A stretch of 40,262 bases of DNA from Actinomycetota bacterium (lineage in GTDB: Bacteria > Actinomycetota > UBA4738 > HRBIN12). The stretch spans positions 1 to 40,262 of the forward strand of contig DASQKC010000044.1 of assembly GCA_035630755.1 (NCBI GenBank). The letters run 5' to 3'. The notes beneath the pieces are model-generated. The model made no database searches. It worked only from the letters and a program-made list of their open reading frames with translations, and was not told where the DNA came from. Below are positions 8,764 through 17,025 of this stretch, in pieces. A program made the position numbers and the translations under genes. How positions within the stretch are numbered: the first letter of the stretch is position 1; the number at the start of each line of letters is the position of its first letter.

Positions 8764-9242
8764 TCTCGTCCTTCCTCGTCGAGGAGCTGCCGGAGCCGTC
8801 GGCGTCCGCGCGACAGGTGGACCCGCACCGTGGCCCGGCCGATGCCGAGCATCTCGGCGATCTCCTCGGTCCGGCAGCCGGCGTAGCCGCGGAGCACGAG
8901 CACCGCGCGCTGGTTGGCGGGAAGCGTTCGGAGCGCCCGCAGGAGTCGCTCGGGGTCATCGTCGAGGGGCTGATCGACCGGAAGCTCGGGGAGCTGGTCC
9001 GAACGGCTCCGGTCGCGGAGCTCACCGCCGGCGATCCGGAAGGCGGCCGTCCAGACCCAGGCACGCGGGTCGTCGACCACGTCACCCCGCCGGAGACACT
9101 GGGCGAACGCCTCCGCGACCGCGTCGTCGGTGATCTCTCGGCTCTGCGTGTAGGCGAAGACCGCTCGCCACAGGCGGGCACCGTCGGTCTCGAAGACGGT
9201 GCCGAGATCATGTCCCGTTGCACGTTCGACGCCCTTCGACAT
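8760..9242 (-). CDS. ECF-type RNA polymerase sigma factor
   Basis: Region 2 (LWRAVFAYTQSREITDDAVAEAF) and region 4 HTH (LPANQRAVLVLRGYAGCRTEEIAEMLGIGRATVRVHLSRGRRRL) are present. Start taken at the ATG at 9242. Confidence 0.85.
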   Translation of the reverse strand: MSKGVERATGHDLGTVFETDGARLWRAVFAYTQSREITDDAVAEAFAQCLRRGDVVDDPRAWVWTAAFRIAGGELRDRSRSDQLPELPVDQPLDDDPERLLRALRTLPANQRAVLVLRGYAGCRTEEIAEMLGIGRATVRVHLSRGRRRLRQLLDEEGRE

Positions 9243-9362
9243 ACACCAGTAAGGGTCTCTCGAAACGAGAACGCGTACCTGAGCCCGGGATGACCCAGGG
9301 CTTCGGGTCGTATCCCCCCGTCGGCACCGCGGTCCCACGAGGGACAGCTCGAGATCGGCGGG

Positions 9363-10313
9363 CTACGTCGCGGTGTCGGCGTTCGCGATCCCGTAGATCC
9401 CTGTCGAGAAGGTCCCGTCACACCGGGAGCGTTCGAAGAGCAGCGTGGTCGAGTCGTCCAACTCCTCGGCGCCGAACGACGAGAACACGTCCCTCCCGTC
9501 CGCGATCGTGGCGATGACCTGCTCGCTGCCTCCGAGCGGGAGACGGACCATGCTCACGTCCGTGCCGCAGACCCACTCGTCGGCCTCGCCGCCCCGAGCG
9601 AAGTAGACCGTGCCGTCGCTCGTGACGGACGAGCTGTACTGCTGCCCACCCGGGTTGGGGATCGTCGTCGTCGCGTCCGTGCTGATCCGGTAGACGAACA
9701 CCTCGCAGTGCGTGAACACGCCCTCCACGTAACGGCAGCGCTCCCACGTCGCCCAGTCGCCGCTGACCTGGTTGGTGACCACGTAGTTGGTTCGGCTGCG
9801 CCGGCTCGAGAGGACCCGCTGCTCCGAGGTATCGAGGTTGAACAGGACGACCCTTGTCCGGTTCTCCCCTCCACGCCCGGTCCTCATGAAGAACAACCAG
9901 TCGCCCGAGAGCGCCGGTTGGGACTCGTCCGCGGCGGTGTTGACCCCGTCGGGGGGCGCGCTCCGCTCGCGCGTCCCGAGGTCGAAGAACCGCAAGTCCG
10001 CGCCGTGCCTCCGGAACCGGTCGTAGACGACGTCCGAGCCGTCGATCCCGACCCCCAGGCTCTCACCCGCCCCGTTCAGGTGGATCCTGGGCTCACCGGC
10101 CGGCTTGACGAACGCGTCCCATCCCGAGTCAAGGGTGAAGTCGACCCACGCGAAGGCGCCACCCGATGCAGCCGGCCCCTGCTCGGCCACGCCGGGGCGG
10201 TTTCGCACGACGACCGGCGTCGCAGCGAAGGCAGCTTCCGCCACCAGGATCAGGCACGCGAACGCGGCGACCGAAGCGAGGCGGGCGCCCGCGGAGCGAC
10301 GACGAAGGACCAT
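9363..10313 (-). CDS. hypothetical secreted protein (possible beta-propeller)
   Basis: Signal peptide MVLRRRSAGARLASVAAFACLILVAEAAFA from the ATG at 10313. Lies upstream of, and co-oriented with, the ECF sigma gene. Confidence 0.6.
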   Translation of the reverse strand: MVLRRRSAGARLASVAAFACLILVAEAAFAATPVVVRNRPGVAEQGPAASGGAFAWVDFTLDSGWDAFVKPAGEPRIHLNGAGESLGVGIDGSDVVYDRFRRHGADLRFFDLGTRERSAPPDGVNTAADESQPALSGDWLFFMRTGRGGENRTRVVLFNLDTSEQRVLSSRRSRTNYVVTNQVSGDWATWERCRYVEGVFTHCEVFVYRISTDATTTIPNPGGQQYSSSVTSDGTVYFARGGEADEWVCGTDVSMVRLPLGGSEQVIATIADGRDVFSSFGAEELDDSTTLLFERSRCDGTFSTGIYGIANADTAT

Positions 10314-10413
10314 CCGTCCGACTCCTCTCAGCGGGCACCGTCGGTGAGACGCGATGACGCTACCCCAGGATCGCCCCACGGCGCAACCCGGCGTCCACGG
10401 AAGCGCGACCCTC

Positions 10414-10450
10414 GGGTGGGAGATGAGGGGCTCGAACCCCCGCTCCTTGT
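10414..10450 (-). repeat. displaced 3' fragment of tRNA-Val (att-like direct repeat of 18414-18450)
   Basis: The reverse complement reads ACAAGGAG-CGGGGGTTCGAGCCCCTCA-TCTCCCA-CCC. It contains the 19-nt T-arm block CGGGGGTTCGAGCCCCTCA identical to the intact tRNA-Val, plus the anticodon-loop side and a diverged acceptor 3' strand. It has no 5' half. Confidence 0.6.
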
Positions 10451-10488
10451 GAGCGTCGTGAGGCCGGGGACGACGTGTGGATCACTCG

Positions 10489-11433
10489 TCACGTCGAAGT
10501 TGGCGGAGGCAGACCTTCGCTTGCTGGCTGGCTGGTTGGCGCGTGAGTGTCCGACGGTGAAGCAGCGCGTCTCCACATCAGGACGAAGAGGAGAACGGTC
10601 GTGATGCCGATGGTGTTGAGGATCGTGATCGACACCGTGACCAACGGGTCGGCTCCGAAGGGGAAGATCATCATCAGGAGCATCGGAGCGATGTTGCGTA
10701 CCGCCGTGGTCGTCTCGGTCGCATGCCTGATCCCCAGGTCATTGACTCGAAGACCGGAAACGAGAAGGTAGCCACACCCGAGGCCGATGAAGGGTCCGGC
10801 GATGGCCGCGATGTAGCTCTCGGTCCCCCAGGTCTGCACGAACAGATCCCAGTACGCAACGAGCGTGAAGTTGAGATTGAAGAGCAGACACAGGATCGCC
10901 ACGCGCACGGCCCACCGCGCCAATGACGGCGTCAGGTCGGGCCACCAGACCCTGAAGCCGCACCCGAGAACCAGCGGCAAGAGCAAGAAGAGCAGCAGCG
11001 GCCACGCAACATCCCAGGCAGAGACCGTGAGTTGCGCATCAACCGCATCGACGGCCAGGGGCAACCCTAGCGGGAGGGCGACGATGGTCGCGACGGTCAA
11101 GACCACTAACAGCAGGGTGGATACGCGGACATCCGCTTTGGCTAACCGGGCGAGGAGTGGAGCGAAAGGCATACCGGCGCACAGGGCTGCAACACAGAAC
11201 CCGACCTTGATCTCTGCAGGGATGGACGAGGCGATCGTCAGCAGATAGCCGATGAACAGGAGCGGGATGAGGACGAAGTTGATCGCCAACGCCCACACGG
11301 CGACCTTCCAATGGGCGAAGGCCTGTGCCAGCAGCTTGCCGACCGATAGCCTGAGACCCAACCCGAACGCGTTCAAGATCACGAAGAGCACCCCGAACCC
11401 GTTGATCAGGACGGTCTCACTGGACTGATTCAT
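10489..11433 (-). CDS. BASS/SBF-like (bile acid:sodium symporter family) membrane transporter
   Basis: About 10 TM segments. The motif AALCAGMPFAPLLARLAKADV resembles the family CPGG...A.GD region. The ATG at 11433 is preceded by GGGAGGG. Clearly lower G+C by eye. Confidence 0.65.
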   Translation of the reverse strand: MNQSSETVLINGFGVLFVILNAFGLGLRLSVGKLLAQAFAHWKVAVWALAINFVLIPLLFIGYLLTIASSIPAEIKVGFCVAALCAGMPFAPLLARLAKADVRVSTLLLVVLTVATIVALPLGLPLAVDAVDAQLTVSAWDVAWPLLLFLLLPLVLGCGFRVWWPDLTPSLARWAVRVAILCLLFNLNFTLVAYWDLFVQTWGTESYIAAIAGPFIGLGCGYLLVSGLRVNDLGIRHATETTTAVRNIAPMLLMMIFPFGADPLVTVSITILNTIGITTVLLFVLMWRRAASPSDTHAPTSQPASEGLPPPTST

Positions 11434-11687
11434 ATCCCTCCCGCTTACGTGGGGTGGACCGGGGAAGGCATCCGCTAGTGGTACTGGGGGTGGAGGTCGT
11501 GCGAGTGATCCCTCGCCAAGGTGATCGCCTCCTCCTTGGTCAGGTACCACCGTCGGCTCGTCTCGCTGCACGCCGCACACAACCACCGCCAGAGGCCCGC
11601 GACACCCTGCTCGGCACGTAGGTGGCTCATCGGACGCCAACGATACCCCGCGAGTTAGAGGTCGGCGCTTCCGCCTAGTGTTCGTGC

Positions 11688-11873
11688 ATGTCGCAGATGG
11701 CCGACCTGCTCGAGCGCGATCGCATCCGCTTGGGGTTCACGGTCGGCCAGATCGCCTACCGGCTCGGCATCTCGCCCGCGGAGTACCACTGCCTGATCGC
11801 CGGCGCACCGATCACGAGCTACGACACCTGGGAGCGGATCTCCGACCTGTACGGGTGGCCGGTAGCCCGCTAA
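11688..11873 (+). CDS. small Xre-type helix-turn-helix protein (intact copy of the head module)
   Basis: 61 aa. LLERDRIRLGFTVGQIAYRLGISPAEYHCLIAG fits the HTH_3 pattern. Its first ~70 nt recur at 13515 and 38023. Confidence 0.7.
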   Translation: MSQMADLLERDRIRLGFTVGQIAYRLGISPAEYHCLIAGAPITSYDTWERISDLYGWPVAR

Positions 11874-11883
11874 GTTCCGTTCG

Positions 11884-12222
11884 ATGACCGACAACTTCTC
11901 GACCGAGGTCAACGCAACGGACGAGGCCACGGTCATCCACGTCCGCGGCGAGATCGACATGGCGACCGCGGGACGCCTGCGAGACGCCATCGAACCCCAC
12001 ATGGGTCCCAAGCAGACCATCGTCTTGGACCTCTCCGAGGTCGAGTTCATGGACTCTTCGAGCCTGCACGTGCTCGTCCAAGCGCGCGGTCGACTCACCG
12101 AGAGCGGCGGCTCACTGGTCCTCCGCAACCCCTCGCGCGCCGCGCACCGGGTGCTCACCGTCGGCGGCGCCACCGATCTCCTCGAAACTGACGCCCGGGA
12201 TCACCCCTCAGATTCAAACTGA
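11884..12222 (+). CDS. STAS-domain anti-sigma-factor antagonist (SpoIIAA-like)
   Basis: 112 aa. VIHVRGEIDMATAGRLRDAI...IVLDLSEVEFMDSSSLHVLV carries the conserved phosphorylatable DSS motif. Confidence 0.8.
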   Translation: MTDNFSTEVNATDEATVIHVRGEIDMATAGRLRDAIEPHMGPKQTIVLDLSEVEFMDSSSLHVLVQARGRLTESGGSLVLRNPSRAAHRVLTVGGATDLLETDARDHPSDSN

Positions 12223-12325
12223 CCCACTATCTAGGTACCCTTCGCCGGATGAACCCCGCTGCGATCGGGGCCGGCTGGGACCTCGTGAAGCGGCTCGGCC
12301 AGACCACGCCCGCACCCTCCTCGCG

Positions 12326-12498
12326 GTGCTCGAGCTCCCCGACGATGCGCGGTGGGCGTTCACGTCCTCGATGTACCAGCGCGAGGACGGGCTGGCGCTC
12401 GCCGAGGTGCTGGCCGACGTGGAGTCTGACCTCACGAGTCTAACCTCACCGGCAAGACGCGGGAGCGGCTGATCGCGGGGCTGCATGCCGCCCTCGAC
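12326..12498 (+). pseudogene. tail-module copy B1: small ORF disrupted by a 14-bp tandem duplication
   Basis: From the GTG at 12326 it reads LELPDDARWAFTSSMYQREDGLALAEVLADVESDLT. The duplication GAGTCTGACCTCAC/GAGTCTAACCTCAC (12422-12449) then shifts the frame. The sequence TRERLIAGLHAALD continues out of frame. Confidence 0.5.
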
Positions 12499-12609
12499 GG
12501 CCGTGTCCCGACCAGTTCAGGGCGGAGAAACCGAACCCCGGGATGACCACGGCGCTGTCGGGCGAACGGCCGCCTTGACGCCGGAGCGGGAGAGAGTCAC
12601 GCCCTAGAC

Positions 12610-12900
12610 ATGCGCCGGGAATTGGTGCTGGTGGTTGTCGCGGCCGTCATCTTCGCCGCAGCGATCGGCGTCGCGACCGCGTATCCGAGTCATGCCTACC
12701 AGACGGCCACTGAGATGTCTGCGGCGCACACGTACTGCAGTACGGTCCGCTCATTCGAGGGTGTGGAGACCCCTTGGAAGGTTGATCGACGGTGGCCGCT
12801 GAGAGCCGGCACCCTTGTGTCCGGGCTGGTGTTGGGGCTGGGGTCCCTCGCGGCGGCCCGTGCGTCGCGAGCACCTGATGCAACGAGCCGGTGGACCTGA
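12610..12900 (+). CDS. hypothetical small membrane protein
   Basis: 96 aa with two hydrophobic segments (LVLVVVAAVIFAAAIGVATA and LVSGLVLGLGSLAAA). No homology recognised. Confidence 0.35.
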   Translation: MRRELVLVVVAAVIFAAAIGVATAYPSHAYQTATEMSAAHTYCSTVRSFEGVETPWKVDRRWPLRAGTLVSGLVLGLGSLAAARASRAPDATSRWT

Positions 12901-13142
12901 GCGGGCCGGGCCGGTGCTCAACGCGAAGGACTCAATCGGCCGCCACGCGCGGCTCGAGGACGACGACCGCCGTTCCCTGTGGGCGTCGCGCGGCGTAGTC
13001 GCGGTATGGTGGCGGCCGGGTCGTCGCTGAGGCAGCGGTTCGGTTCGCGCTCTGGTGCGGATCGTTCCACGCGCTGACCAGGCTCCCCCGGCGGTCGGGG
13101 AACCCTCCGATCCGCGAGCGATGCAAGGGCCCCGGACGTGCC

Positions 13143-13177
13143 CCCACCCGGCGAGCCCGGTAGGCTCGCCGGGTGGG
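13143..13177. promoter_or_regulatory. perfect 15-bp stem / 5-nt loop hairpin covering a start codon
   Basis: CCCACCCGGCGAGCC-cggta-GGCTCGCCGGGTGGG. The 3' arm contains the GTG at 13173 of the downstream ORF. Confidence 0.6.
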
Positions 13178-13460
13178 ACTCAGCCCCGAGGACGCGGCCG
13201 CTGCCTACCTGGTCGACGGCCCCCAACACGTGCGCGACGCGGTTGGCGCAGAGCCGCCCGGCCACTACCACGCGTGGTTCACCGACCTCGAAGGCGAGCG
13301 GTTCGAGCGCTACCTGACGGAGACGGGGCGGGCGTCGATCCTCGACCGCATCGATCGAGGCGAGCGTTCGTTCACCGCGTTCGAGCTCGAGGAGTGGACG
13401 GTAGCGCCACACATCGATGCGCTCCTGGCCCGCTACGACTCGGAGGCCGGCGAAGGCTGA
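13173..13460 (+). CDS. hypothetical protein (95 aa)
   Basis: ORF with good G+C third-position usage. No family recognised. The GTG start is buried in the hairpin at 13143-13177. Confidence 0.45.
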   Translation: MGLSPEDAAAAYLVDGPQHVRDAVGAEPPGHYHAWFTDLEGERFERYLTETGRASILDRIDRGERSFTAFELEEWTVAPHIDALLARYDSEAGEG

Positions 13461-13514
13461 CCGCGGCGCGACGATCGCGCGCGACATCGCCGCGACCCTG
13501 GCGTCACGCGCGCC

Positions 13515-13612
13515 ATGTCGCAGATGGCCGACCTCCTCGAGCGCGATCGCGAGCGGATGGGGTTCACGGTCGGCCAGGCCGCCTGATAGCGGGACTGCAC
13601 GCGGCGCTCGAC
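13515..13612 (+). pseudogene. head::tail fusion remnant (A2::B2, no cargo)
   Basis: ATGTCGCAGATGGCCGACCTCCTCGAGCGCGATCGC...GGGTTCACGGTCGGCCAGGCCGCC is head-module sequence (23 codons). It runs directly and out of frame into CTGATAGCGGGACTGCACGCGGCGCTCGAC, the tail-module end (LIAGLHAALD). Confidence 0.55.
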
Positions 13613-13635
13613 CAGGCGCCGCTAGGGTGACTGGG

Positions 13636-14133
13636 ATGAGCGAAGGGATCGAAGTGGTCGAAGCCACCGTGGACGACTGGGCTCGCGTGAAGGATGTGCG
13701 CCTCCGCGCCCTGGCGGATGCGCCCGAAGCGTTCGCGCGGCGGCTGGAGGACGAACGAGAACGGGCGCCCTCGGAGTGGCGGGCTCGGCTGGAGAACCCC
13801 GACGCCGCCACCTTCCTCGCGGTGGCCGATGGAGCGACGGTCGGAATGGCCGGTGTGTTCGTCGCAGCGGACGACGATACCTTGCGCAACTCGTCTCGAT
13901 GTGGGTTGCCTCGGAGTTCCGGCGAAGCGGGACGGGAAGGGCGCTCGGTCAAGCCGTCCTCGATTGGTCACGCGCCCCGGGACCTCCCCGTTGAGTTGTG
14001 GGTCACCGAGACGAGCCTGCCCGCACGGAGCCTCTACGAGGGGCTCGGGTTCTCCGCCTCAGGCGAAGAGCAACCGCTTCCCTCCGATCCACGACTGAAC
14101 GTGGTCCAAATGGTCAGGAGCGGGAGCGGTTGA
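13636..14133 (+). pseudogene. GNAT N-acetyltransferase with two compensating frameshifts
   Basis: Frame 1 gives MSEGIEVVEATVDDWARVKDVRLRAL...VFVAADDD. The acetyl-CoA motif segment AQLVSMWVASEFRRSGTGRALGQAVLDW is readable only in another frame (about 13880-13985). Frame 1 then resumes with VELWVTETSLPARSLYEGLGF. The stop TGA at 14131-14133 lies inside tail module B3. Confidence 0.6.
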
Positions 14134-14141
14134 TCGCGGGG
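14119..14141 (+). repeat. tail-module copy B3 (core only)
   Basis: AGCGGGAGCGGTTGATCGCGGGG has one mismatch to the core. It is flanked by the GNAT pseudogene stop and by the DUF1345 GTG start at 14146. Confidence 0.6.
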
Positions 14142-14145
14142 TTAG

Positions 14146-14817
14146 GTGACCGCGCGTAGCATCAACCGGGTGGAGGAGGTCCGAGGCGAGCCCCGGTGGC
14201 CGATGACGCTCACCGTCGTGTTCATCATCGTGCTGATCAGCCTGTTGCCCGAGCGCTTGAGCCCCCTGCCGACGTGGGTGTTCCCGGGCATGCTAACGAT
14301 CCTGCTGATCGCGCTCGTCGCCACCGATCCCGGCAAGATCACGAAGACGGAACGGGCGCTGCGCTGGCTCTCGATCGCCCTCGTCGTCGTGCTGGCCACG
14401 AGCGCGCTCTCCGCGACGGTGCTGCTGATCCGCGATCTGATCGAGGGTTCCCCGATCACGGCGAACGGGACGACGCTGCTCGCGACCGGGATGTCCGTCT
14501 GGGCGATCAACATCGTGGCGTTCGCGCTGCTGTATTGGGAGTTCGACTGCGGCGGACCGGCGGTGCGTGCCCATGGGATGCCCCCGTCCCCGGATCTCGC
14601 GTTCCCGCAGCAACTGAACCCTGAGGTCGCGCCGCTCGCGTGGCGGCCGCAGTTCGTCGACTATCTGTACGTGGGGATCACGGACGCGGTGGCGTTCAGC
14701 CCCACGGACGCGATGCCGCTCGCTCCCTGGGCGAAGGTCGCGATGGCGATCGAAGGAGTGACCTCCCTCGTGATCCTGGGCCTGGTGGTCGCCCGCGCCG
14801 TCAACGTCTTCACGTGA
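14146..14817 (+). CDS. DUF1345-type integral membrane protein
   Basis: 223 aa. EPRWPMTLTVVFIIVL..., four or more TM helices and WEFDCGGP...FVDYLYVGITDAVAFSPTD resemble DUF1345. Confidence 0.65.
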   Translation: MTARSINRVEEVRGEPRWPMTLTVVFIIVLISLLPERLSPLPTWVFPGMLTILLIALVATDPGKITKTERALRWLSIALVVVLATSALSATVLLIRDLIEGSPITANGTTLLATGMSVWAINIVAFALLYWEFDCGGPAVRAHGMPPSPDLAFPQQLNPEVAPLAWRPQFVDYLYVGITDAVAFSPTDAMPLAPWAKVAMAIEGVTSLVILGLVVARAVNVFT

Positions 14818-14821
14818 TGCG

Positions 14822-14865
14822 CCGCGGGAGCGGCTGATCGCGCGCTGCGAGCCGCGCTCGGATGA
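14822..14865 (+). repeat. tail-module copy B4
   Basis: CCGCGGGAGCGGCTGATCGCG-CGCTGCGAGCCGCGCTCGGATGA starts 5 nt after the DUF1345 stop. It has a 2-nt gap relative to the consensus tail. Confidence 0.6.
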
Positions 14866-14911
14866 TGCCCAGTGATGCCGTCGGTCATGAGCGGATCATA
14901 GTGTTCACCCG

Positions 14912-15831
14912 ATGAACCGGACGGGGAGAGCGCACGAGGTCGAACCGACGCCCACGGACATCTCGGTCGCCCTCCGCGTGCGCGCGGAGATCGGAGAGTC
15001 GCCCGTGTGGAGCGAGTTGACCGAGGAGCTCTACCTCGTCGACATCGCCGGGCAGGCGGTCCATCGGTACCGCCCGTCGGACGGTCGTCATCAACGGTTC
15101 GGGCTGCCGGATCAGGTGACCTCCGTCTCGATCCGTGAGCGGGGCGGGCTCGCCCTCTCGCTCCGCAAGACGTTCGCGTTCTTCGATCCGGATACCGGCG
15201 ACCTGGAGGTCCTCGACGATCCCGAGCCCGACCGCCCGGGGAACCGGTTCAACGATGCCCGGTGCGATCCGCAGGGACGGCTCTGGGCGGGCACGATGAG
15301 CGCCGACGACTGGTGGGCACCGACCGGCGCCGTGTACCGGCTCGATGCCGATCGACGGAGCACGCGCATGATCGACGACGTCCGGTGCTCGAACGGGACC
15401 GGATGGAGTCCCGACGGTCGCACGATGTACCACACGCAGAGCTTCCGCTACGCGATCGACGCCTACGACTTCGATCCCGAAACCGGCACGATCGCGAACG
15501 CGCGACCCTTCGTGACGCTCCCGCCAGAAGGCGGTGGCTTCCCCGACGGCCTGACGGTGGACGAGGAGGGGTTCGTCTGGAGCGCGCAGCCCATCTACGG
15601 ACGTCTCGTCCGATACGACCCGGAGGGCGGAATCGACCGGATCATCTCGCTCCCAGTCTCTCGCGAGGGACCAGCTGCGCCTTCGGGGGTCCCGACCTCC
15701 GCACCCTCTACATCACGACCGCCACCGAGACGCTGACGGCGCCCCAGCTCGCGGAGGAGCCGCTCGCCGGGAGCGTGCTCGCTTGCATGCCGGGGACCCC
15801 GGGCATGCCCGCGCCGCTGTTCGCCGGCTGA
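14912..15831 (+). pseudogene. SMP-30/gluconolactonase/LRE-like protein with a 1-nt frameshift near 15665
   Basis: GESPVWSELTEELYLVDIAGQAVHRY and following blades are in frame 1 up to ...RIISLPVS. The family C-terminal motif TSCAFGGPDLRTLYITTA is readable only in the frame of track ORF 15262-15831. A sequencing error cannot be excluded. Confidence 0.65.
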
Positions 15832-15973
15832 CCGGGACCAGGTAGGTTAGCGACCGACCGCCACCTGGTACTCCTGCAACGAGGCCGCGCACCGGGCGGG
15901 GGTCGACGCCTCGTACCTGGAACCACTGGTTGGAGTGGACCTGAGAAGGACTGCGTAGCGAGGAGAATCGCCA

Positions 15974-16540
15974 ATGCCCAAGGTAGTGCTGTACACGCTG
16001 ATGTCACTAGACGGAGCCGTCGACGATCCGCGGCGCTACTTCCCGGACAGCACACGCATGGTCGCCGGCCCACCGGTGTTCGACCCGGTGATGGCCGACC
16101 TGGAGGCGCGGTTGATCGGCAACCAGGATGCGGTGCTGCTGGGTCGTAACACGTTCGACGAGTGGTCGCGCTACTGGCCGACGTCCGACGAGCAGCCGTT
16201 CGCCGACTTCATCAACGGCACCAAGAAGTACGTCGTCACGTCGACGCCACTGACGGATCAGTGGGGTCCCGCAGAGGCATTGGCCGGTCCGGTAGCCGAC
16301 ATCGTCGATGGCCTCAAGGCTCGCGTCGGCGGTGACATCGGCATCCACGGCAGCATCACGTTGGCGCAGTCTCTCCTCGCCGCGGGACTCGTCGACGAGT
16401 TGCAGCTGGCGGTCGGTCCGGTCCTGGATCCCATGGGCCGACGGCTGTTCGCGGGCCTCGGCGACTCGCGCCAGCTGGACCTGCAGAGTGCGACCCCCAC
16501 GCCAGGCGGCACCGTCTGGATCACCTACCGCGTCCCGTGA
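15974..16540 (+). CDS. dihydrofolate reductase-family protein (RibD C-terminal domain type)
   Basis: 188 aa. MPKVVLYTLMSLDGAVDD...LLGRNTFDEW...IHGSITLAQSLL. A distant paralogue of 6695-7261. Confidence 0.75.
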   Translation: MPKVVLYTLMSLDGAVDDPRRYFPDSTRMVAGPPVFDPVMADLEARLIGNQDAVLLGRNTFDEWSRYWPTSDEQPFADFINGTKKYVVTSTPLTDQWGPAEALAGPVADIVDGLKARVGGDIGIHGSITLAQSLLAAGLVDELQLAVGPVLDPMGRRLFAGLGDSRQLDLQSATPTPGGTVWITYRVP

Positions 16541-16582
16541 CCTTATGCGCCGCCTTGGGCGCATCCGACTAACCGCACCATC

Positions 16583-16733
16583 GTGCGGGCCCCACACGGC
16601 GGCGGTTTCATCTCGTCGATGTACCTCCGCGACGACGGCGAGTGGCTCGCCGAGGTGCTGGCCGACGAGGAGCAGACCTCACCGGAAGACGCGGGAGCGG
16701 CTGATCGCGGGGCTGCGGGCGGCGTTGGACTAG
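16583..16733 (+). pseudogene. tail-module copy B5: near full-length small ORF with two 1-nt deletions
   Basis: From the GTG at 16583 it reads RAPHGGGFISSMYLRDDGEWLAEVLADEEQ. The frame is then lost: GAGCAG-ACCTCACCGG-AAGACG against consensus GAGCAGGACCTCACCGGCAAGACG. TRERLIAGLRAALD-TAG follows in another frame. Confidence 0.55.
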
Positions 16734-17025
16734 GCCCCAGCTTGGGTGGGCCCATCGAAGTGATGCGGACGGAGATCGACCTTGACCTGGGTCGACCGGA
16801 CGCCATGGCAGTGCAGGCCGAGAAGCACTTCGCTCTCGCCGACGCCTGCGACTCCCCGCTGCTGGTCGATCCGTCCTGGCGGGCCGCGGCGGCGTTCACC
16901 GCGACGCCGCTGTGGCCCTCGTCCGCGTCGCTCGGATGATCGAGCGTCGGCAGAAGCGGCACGCCGGCGCCCGGTCCAAGCATTCAGATCTTCCCGACCG
17001 CTACCACTGCGTACGCGTCGCGCTG

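Noticed and set aside
10414-10450. A functional tRNA at the left island border
   Set aside because: Only the T arm and the flanking 3' portion are present. The acceptor 3' strand is diverged and there is no 5' half.
12459-12480. The tail-module core as an integron attC site
   Set aside because: There is no imperfect inverted-repeat architecture (no R''/L''-L'/R' symmetry) and no GTTRRRY core. No intI-like gene is in the window. Only the cassette-like organisation is analogous.
12918-13952. 344-aa minus-strand ORF across the cassette region
   Set aside because: It runs antisense through repeat modules and the GNAT pseudogene, with low-complexity Arg/Ala/Ser/Pro composition and no motifs.
16583-16733. 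Assigning the ~50-aa tail-module ORF to the HicB/UPF0150 antitoxin fold
   Set aside because: The pattern (beta strand, DG turn, beta strand, then a T.E..I..L helix) is only a loose resemblance by eye. No HicA-like partner lies nearby. It cannot be supported without a profile search.
16912-17025. Longer starts for the two 68-aa paralogues (16912 and 5974 in the ORF track)
   Set aside because: The upstream extensions are unrelated to each other and Arg-rich. Similarity between the paralogues begins at the internal ATGs (17026 and 5788).
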